From Candidatus Omnitrophota bacterium (GTDB lineage: Bacteria; Omnitrophota; Gorgyraeia; Gygaellales; Profunditerraquicolaceae), in assembly GCA_049517335.1 (NCBI GenBank), contig JBEKSD010000011.1, positions 9,893 to 73,892 on the forward strand: DNA of 64,000 nucleotides, in the 5' to 3' direction. The translations under genes were made by a program, and so were the position numbers. The notes under the pieces were generated by a model. The model was not told the DNA's origin, searched no databases, and was given only the letters and a program-made list of their open reading frames with translations. Shown here piece by piece: positions 59,065 to 64,000 of this stretch. Numbering within the stretch: the first letter of the stretch is position 1; each line of letters opens with the position of its first letter.

Positions 59065-59934
59065 ATGTCCATAGTAGAGCCTGTTATAAGACCACCGGCG
59101 GAAGCGGACAGCTTTCTTTTGCAGGTAACGCTTGGATGTTCAGCGGATAGCTGCAGTTTTTGCGGCGCGTATAAGAGTAAAACTTTTCGCGTCAAAGACC
59201 GAAAAGAGATAACGGCGGACATAAATTGGTACGCACACAGATACCAAGACACGCGGCGTATTTTTCTTATAGACGGCGACGCCCTTGTTCTGGCCAATAG
59301 CAAGCTTGTTCCTATCTTAGAAGAACTGGATGCGGCCTTTCCTCGGCTAACCCGTATTTCAAGCTACGCGAACGGTTACAATATCACAAGAAAAAATGAT
59401 CATGAACTGGCAGAGCTATACAAGCATAAGCTAAGCCTTATTTACATGGGCCTCGAAAGCGGCAGTCAGGGCGTGCTTGATCGGTGCGGAAAATCTTCAA
59501 GCGTTGAGGAAATGATCGAGGCGGTCAATAAGGCGGCCAAGGCTCATATAAAGTCTTCCGTGATTGTTTTACTGGGGTTAGGCGGCAAGAAGCATTCCGA
59601 GGAGCATGTCAAAGGCACCATAGCGGCATTAAACAGGATGCAGCCAAGATACCTTTCGTTTCTTTCCCTGATGGTCATTCCCGGCACGCCGCTGGCGGAA
59701 GAGGTCAGAAGAAGAGAATTTGAGGAATTAAATTCTACGGAGTTATTAAAAGAGTCTTATGGGATTATAAAGGGAGTGGATCTTAAGAAAACCGTATTTC
59801 GATCGGATCACGCTTCAAACTATCTCGCGCTGGAAGGGGCGTTTCCCAAGGATAAAATGACGCTGTTAAATATCCTGGAATCCGCCATTGGCGGTGAGAT
59901 AAGGCTGAAGCCGGAGAGCTTAAGAGGCTTGTAG
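59065..59934 (+). CDS. Radical SAM protein
   Basis: IRPPAEA..LLQVTLGCSADSCSFC; GLESG; FRSDHASNY. Confidence 0.88.
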   Translation: MSIVEPVIRPPAEADSFLLQVTLGCSADSCSFCGAYKSKTFRVKDRKEITADINWYAHRYQDTRRIFLIDGDALVLANSKLVPILEELDAAFPRLTRISSYANGYNITRKNDHELAELYKHKLSLIYMGLESGSQGVLDRCGKSSSVEEMIEAVNKAAKAHIKSSVIVLLGLGGKKHSEEHVKGTIAALNRMQPRYLSFLSLMVIPGTPLAEEVRRREFEELNSTELLKESYGIIKGVDLKKTVFRSDHASNYLALEGAFPKDKMTLLNILESAIGGEIRLKPESLRGL

Positions 59935-59997
59935 TAAAAAACGGTCCCTCCCGGAGTAAAGATCACGGTCACCTTTCAAATTCCCTAATAGCTATGT

Positions 59998-60028
59998 CTA
60001 GAGAGTCTTTCCTTTGTGCAATATTTAT
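59998..60028 (+). repeat. Type-B repeat copy 3 (partial)
   Basis: ctagagagtctttcctttgtgcaatatttat compared with 24261 ctagagaggtttcctgccgcgcaatatttat. Confidence 0.5.
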
Positions 60029-60108
60029 TTAAAAATTACCCAGCTATTAGGCGTATAATCAAACTATATTTAAGGATAATTCAACAACTCTAATAGGAAA
60101 AATACAGG

Positions 60109-61581
60109 ATGAGAATAATTCAAATAGAAACCAATAGTAAGGTGAGTGTTAGAGTATGCAAATTAAAACAGAGTGGTAAAAAAATGTTTAGAATAGGTTT
60201 TCTTCAATGTCAGATTGTCAAGGAATTACCCCATATGAATATGCCTCTTTTTGTTCATGATATAAAGGCTCTTGGTTGTAGTTTTGAGTGCATTTGCGCG
60301 GCCCATAATAAATTAAATGACTTAATCGAATACATAAAGAAAAAGAAATTTGATTTGATCGCAGTAGATTACACTTTCCCCATCATGTTCCTTAATGAAT
60401 TAAAAGAGTTATTTCCTAAAAGTAAATTTGTTATAGGAGGAAGCGGATTTTTGGATACCTTTTTAAAGAGTACTATAGATTTTGCTGTAATTGGAGCGGG
60501 GAAGGAAAGTTTTTTAAGATTAGCAGAGGCCTTAAAAAATAAAACGGATGTATGCGAAATCCCCAATTTGCTTTTCAGAATAAAGAAAAGCAATAGAATG
60601 TTTATAGATTATTCAGGAAAAAATGTTAATTTTGATTTAAAGAGGGAATTATTACCGTATAATCCATTTCTTAAATGGAAATACATCGGATTTACAAGGA
60701 GGGACAAAGTTACTGATCCACCAGCAATTATTGCAGGCTTTGGGTGTGCCTATCGATCTAGAAAATTAAATCATAATTATGATAATCTCTCCAAACATGC
60801 GTTGAGCAGACATACATTTTCAGCAAAAGCAAGGAAGAGGATTATGGATTTGTTTGAGGAGCGGACGCACGGAGGGTGCAGTTTTTGTACGTGTGTTGGC
60901 ACACATGTTTTTTTACCCGTTAAAGAGACGATTGCCTGCTTGATGGAGCAGATCCATTTCTTACAAAAAACATATAAATTTAAAAGTTTTGTGGTCGGAA
61001 GCAAGAATCCCTTTAGATTTATTGAGCAACTGATTCATCAAATGGTGGAAGAAAATATTAACATAGAGACATTGGCTATACGCAGTAGGGTGGATTGGGT
61101 GAACAAAAATAAAAGAATATTGCTTAAAATAGTAGCTTTAGCTAAAAGAAATAATTTTGTGATTAGTCTGCAGCAATTAGGATTTGAGAGTTTTATTCAA
61201 AACGATCTGGATATATATAACAAAGGATATAGGGTAACTGAAAATTTTAAAGCAGTAGAATTAATGAGGAAACTCAAGAATATCGCCCCTAGAAATTTTC
61301 AAGATGGAGGGCATGGCTTCATTGGTATTAATCCCTGGATAACGCTACGGGATTTGGAAAAGTATTGTGAATCGGCAGAACATATGCAATTTCTATTTGA
61401 CTTATATCATTTTGGCAATGGTTTGGTTCTATACGATAGCTGTCTGCCTGTTTATTAGAAATTAAAAAAAGATGGGCTGCTGATTGAGTCTAAGACGGAT
61501 TTAGACCGTTGGAGATTTAAAGATAAAAATGTATTGCGTTTTATTAATGATTTTTATAACGGGCTTGATTATGAGACATAA
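60109..61581 (+). pseudogene. B12-binding-like radical SAM protein with an in-frame TAG at 61456-61458
   Basis: VIGG, GAGKE, GCAY...GCSFC, GFES; the frame continues KLKKDGLL...RFKDKNV to TAA 61581, 6 bp before the next gene. Confidence 0.7.
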
Positions 61582-61587
61582 CCTATA

Positions 61588-63114
61588 ATGGAAATATTGC
61601 TTTCTTCTATCTGTCTTGAAACCGGCACCGACATTCAGCTGGCCCTTTATTATTTAAAGGGTTATGTTCTAAAGATTAAGCCATCATCTGACATAAACAT
61701 ACGGGTTTTTAACGAAAACCAGAATATACTCGATATCATAAAAAAGATCCTTGACCTCAAGCCCTATCTTATCGGGTTTTCCTGCTATCTCTGGAACATT
61801 AAGAAAATTTTAAATATCTGCCGTCGGTTAAAAGAGATAAGCCCGGGCTTAAAGATTGTTTTAGGCGGCCCGGAAGTAAGCCCGCGCGCAGAAGAAATAT
61901 TGGCTAAAGAAAAAGCAATTGATGTAGTGGTAAAAGGAGAGGGCGAGGAGAGTTTCGCGCAATTAGTCGCCCAGATGGGGCGCACCCGCATATCCTTTAA
62001 AAGGGGTGCTGCCCAGACGGGGCGCTCTATAGCCGCAGATCTATCGGGTATTATAGGGATTTCATTTCGTAAAGGGGCAGAGATAATCCGTAATTCGGAT
62101 AGGCCGCTCTTGCGCAATGTCGGTGATATCCCTTCGCCGTATCTCTCTGGCTTGGTAAACCTCAAAGACAAAAATATTGTAGATGTGCCTTTGGAAACCA
62201 TGCGCGGATGTTCTTCCCGCTGCCACTATTGCTATTATCATAAGAATTTTCCTGTGGTGAGGTATTTTTCTCTTAGCCGGGTAGAGAAGGAGTTAAAGCT
62301 TATTCTCTCGCATAAGCCTCACGAAGTATACCTGATGGATCCTACCTTTAATTCCAACTCCCAAAGGGCAAAAAAGATCCTTAAAATCTTTATTAGATAT
62401 AATCAGGGCGCTAACTTGCATGTGGAGTTAAAAGCAGAACTGGTTGATGAAGAGATGGCTCGGCTTCTATCACAGGCCAATGCCTATAATATAGAAATCG
62501 GTATTCAGAGCACAAATCCCAAAACCCTAAAAGCGATCAACCGCAGGTTTAATAAAGAAAAGTTTATTAAGGGTATCCGTTACTTAAATAAATTTAAGCT
62601 TTACTATGAAATACAGCTTATTGACGCGCTCCCCCATCAGAGCTATGACAGCCTGATGAAATCTTTGGACTGGCTTTACTCAATGCACCCGGCAAAAGTG
62701 GTGATCTTTCGCCTGGCTATGCTTCTCGGAACAACATTACGGGATAGAGCTGCAAGCTTTGGTATTGAATATGATCATTGCGCGCCGTATTCTGCCTATA
62801 AAAGTAATGCTATGACTGATACGGAAGTAAAAAGTGTCGAGAAGTTATCTTATGCCATGGACCGGCTTTATGACAGCCAAGTGTTTCAGAAAACGCTCTT
62901 CGCTTTTAAGGCAAGAGCAGGGGTAAAGATCTCTACGATACTGGAGGATTGGGTGGCCTGGGAGAGCCGTTTTAAAAGGCAACCTGCAGATTACCCGGAA
63001 TTCTTAAATAAAAAATCTCCTATATTTCTGCAATACCTCTGTCGCAAACACTCTAAAGCCTATCTTTATAAGGAGCTTTTGCCGGGGTTGCTTAAGGGGT
63101 TATGTTTTCCCTGA
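61588..63114 (+). CDS. B12-binding radical SAM protein
   Basis: GFSCYLWN, LGGPEVS, GEGE, RGCSSRCHYC, EIGIQS. Confidence 0.9.
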   Translation: MEILLSSICLETGTDIQLALYYLKGYVLKIKPSSDINIRVFNENQNILDIIKKILDLKPYLIGFSCYLWNIKKILNICRRLKEISPGLKIVLGGPEVSPRAEEILAKEKAIDVVVKGEGEESFAQLVAQMGRTRISFKRGAAQTGRSIAADLSGIIGISFRKGAEIIRNSDRPLLRNVGDIPSPYLSGLVNLKDKNIVDVPLETMRGCSSRCHYCYYHKNFPVVRYFSLSRVEKELKLILSHKPHEVYLMDPTFNSNSQRAKKILKIFIRYNQGANLHVELKAELVDEEMARLLSQANAYNIEIGIQSTNPKTLKAINRRFNKEKFIKGIRYLNKFKLYYEIQLIDALPHQSYDSLMKSLDWLYSMHPAKVVIFRLAMLLGTTLRDRAASFGIEYDHCAPYSAYKSNAMTDTEVKSVEKLSYAMDRLYDSQVFQKTLFAFKARAGVKISTILEDWVAWESRFKRQPADYPEFLNKKSPIFLQYLCRKHSKAYLYKELLPGLLKGLCFP

Positions 63115-63196
63115 TCATAAATAACTTGTAGAAAGTGGTTGTTTGAAGTAAAATCTTTATCTACGCGGTATCTTAAGCGGGATTAAGGAGAGTATT

Positions 63197-63349
63197 GTGA
63201 CCAGAGATAATTATTCATATAAAAAGTATCAGAAAGAATTGGTCAGTAAAAAGAAGGCAGAGGAAAAGAAACAAAGAAAACTGGAGAAAAAAGCGATGGA
63301 GGCCACGCCTGTGTCTGGGCAGGCTCCCCCAATAACCAAGCTGTCTTAG
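63197..63349 (+). CDS. Small basic protein (50 aa, not in the ORF track)
   Basis: MTRDNYSYKKYQKELVSKKKAEEKKQRKLEKK; RBS aaggag. Confidence 0.7.
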   Translation: MTRDNYSYKKYQKELVSKKKAEEKKQRKLEKKAMEATPVSGQAPPITKLS

Positions 63350-63434
63350 AATAAAGAAATACTTGCAATCTTTTTTAAAAGTTCTATAGTCATAACTCAA
63401 GGCTAAATCTTTAGCAGAAATAAAAGGAGGAAAC

Positions 63435-63602
63435 ATGGCATATCAACAAGGTGGTGGCGGTGGATTTGGTGGTCCACGGGAGATGCACAAGGCTGTTTGC
63501 TCGGAGTGTAAGAAAGAGTGCGAAGTTCCGTTTAAACCAAGAGATGATCGTCCGATATACTGCAAGGATTGTTATTCAAAGCGCAAGAACGAAGGCCGTT
63601 AA
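63435..63602 (+). CDS. CxxC-x17-CxxC zinc-ribbon protein (55 aa)
   Basis: REMHKAVCSECKKECEVPFKPRDDRPIYCKDC; RBS aaggagg. Confidence 0.9.
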   Translation: MAYQQGGGGGFGGPREMHKAVCSECKKECEVPFKPRDDRPIYCKDCYSKRKNEGR

Positions 63603-63665
63603 AAGAAGAGATTTTGTTAGTTTTTTGTTTCTAATAGATCCGCAAAGGTAATGTTTTCAATCTTT

Positions 63666-63880
63666 CGCGAGGAATTCTTTCTCTGGTGCTCAAAAGTCCT
63701 CGATATAGTAGATATTATGCCTAAAATACAACCAGGCAAACAAGAGAGGTTTCTTTTCGGCTGATAGTAGTGGGACCCCAGTAATATCGTTCTCCTCGTA
63801 TAATGGGAGAGTTTAACGGCTATGATTCAAACAGCGGTCATAGCCGTTTTTATCTGACGCTGTGTTAAAGACTTAGGGGG
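63666..63880 (+). repeat. Type-A repeat copy 8 (diverged, with terminator and tail)
   Basis: Core 63744-63783; agtaatatcgttctcctcg; terminator AACGGCTATGA...TCATAGCCGTT+T. Confidence 0.88.
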
Positions 63881-63887
63881 TGAAACC

Positions 63888-64000
63888 ATGGAATATAAAA
63901 AGAATATGACAGAACAAGAAGTTCAGGCTGCCCTTGAATTCGCCGGAAACATCATAGATTCCGTGCGTGAACCCTTAGTAGTCCTGGATGGGGATTTAAG
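63888..64000 (+). CDS. PAS-domain protein, runs off the window
   Basis: AGNIIDSVREPLVVLDGDL resembles the PAS start of 44913..46193. Confidence 0.7.
   Translation, partial: MEYKKNMTEQEVQAALEFAGNIIDSVREPLVVLDGDL

Noticed and set aside
35730-61458. Stop-codon recoding (alternative code, Pyl or Sec) to explain the in-frame stops
   Set aside because: One stop is TAA and the other TAG, and all three stop codons end intact genes elsewhere in the window; nonsense mutation or sequencing error is simpler
63451-63651. 66-aa ORF from the track
   Set aside because: Wrong frame; 63435..63602 has the RBS and the CxxC-x17-CxxC motif
33705-63783. Repeat core as a CRISPR repeat
   Set aside because: Copies are 0.7-12 kb apart with genes between them, there are no regular spacers, and no cas genes are in the window
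33705-63783. Repeat as tRNA-Met fragments (CTCATA loop, CCA end)
   Set aside because: No D arm or TTCRA T arm; the loop varies between copies (CTTATA, TTCATC, CTGATA)
24000-64000. Classical integron (IntI/attC)
   Set aside because: No tyrosine integrase, and the repeats lack RYYYAAC...GTTRRRY ends

Overview
AT-rich bacterial DNA with three parts. The giant-protein motifs suggest Ca. Omnitrophota (inference only). (1) 1-19.6 kb: a giant multidomain protein locus. An ORF entering from outside the window is followed by a 4403-aa ORF, then by two secreted proteins sharing an FWVNLxPD domain. (2) 19.6-24 kb: the backbone of an integrative element, with a response regulator under a cyclic-dinucleotide (GEMM-I) riboswitch, a phage-O-like initiator with iterons and DnaA boxes, and a large serine recombinase (LSR). 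(3) 24-64 kb: about 40 kb of almost entirely co-oriented accessory cargo (redox/detox enzymes, ABC exporter, ArsM, glycolipid-type operon, two-component genes, a radical-SAM RiPP cluster, many broken genes). The cargo is divided into blocks by at least 8 dispersed direct copies of a composite non-coding element: sigma70 promoter, then the hairpin GAGAGGTTTCCCCTCGGCTCATACGAGAGGGACCCCAGTA, then an optional terminator and tail. The GACCCCAGTA core and the tail also occur at the 3' end of the LSR gene. The best candidate for a new system is a serine-recombinase-associated, integron-like cassette array. All product calls come from motif recognition by eye; no database searches were run.
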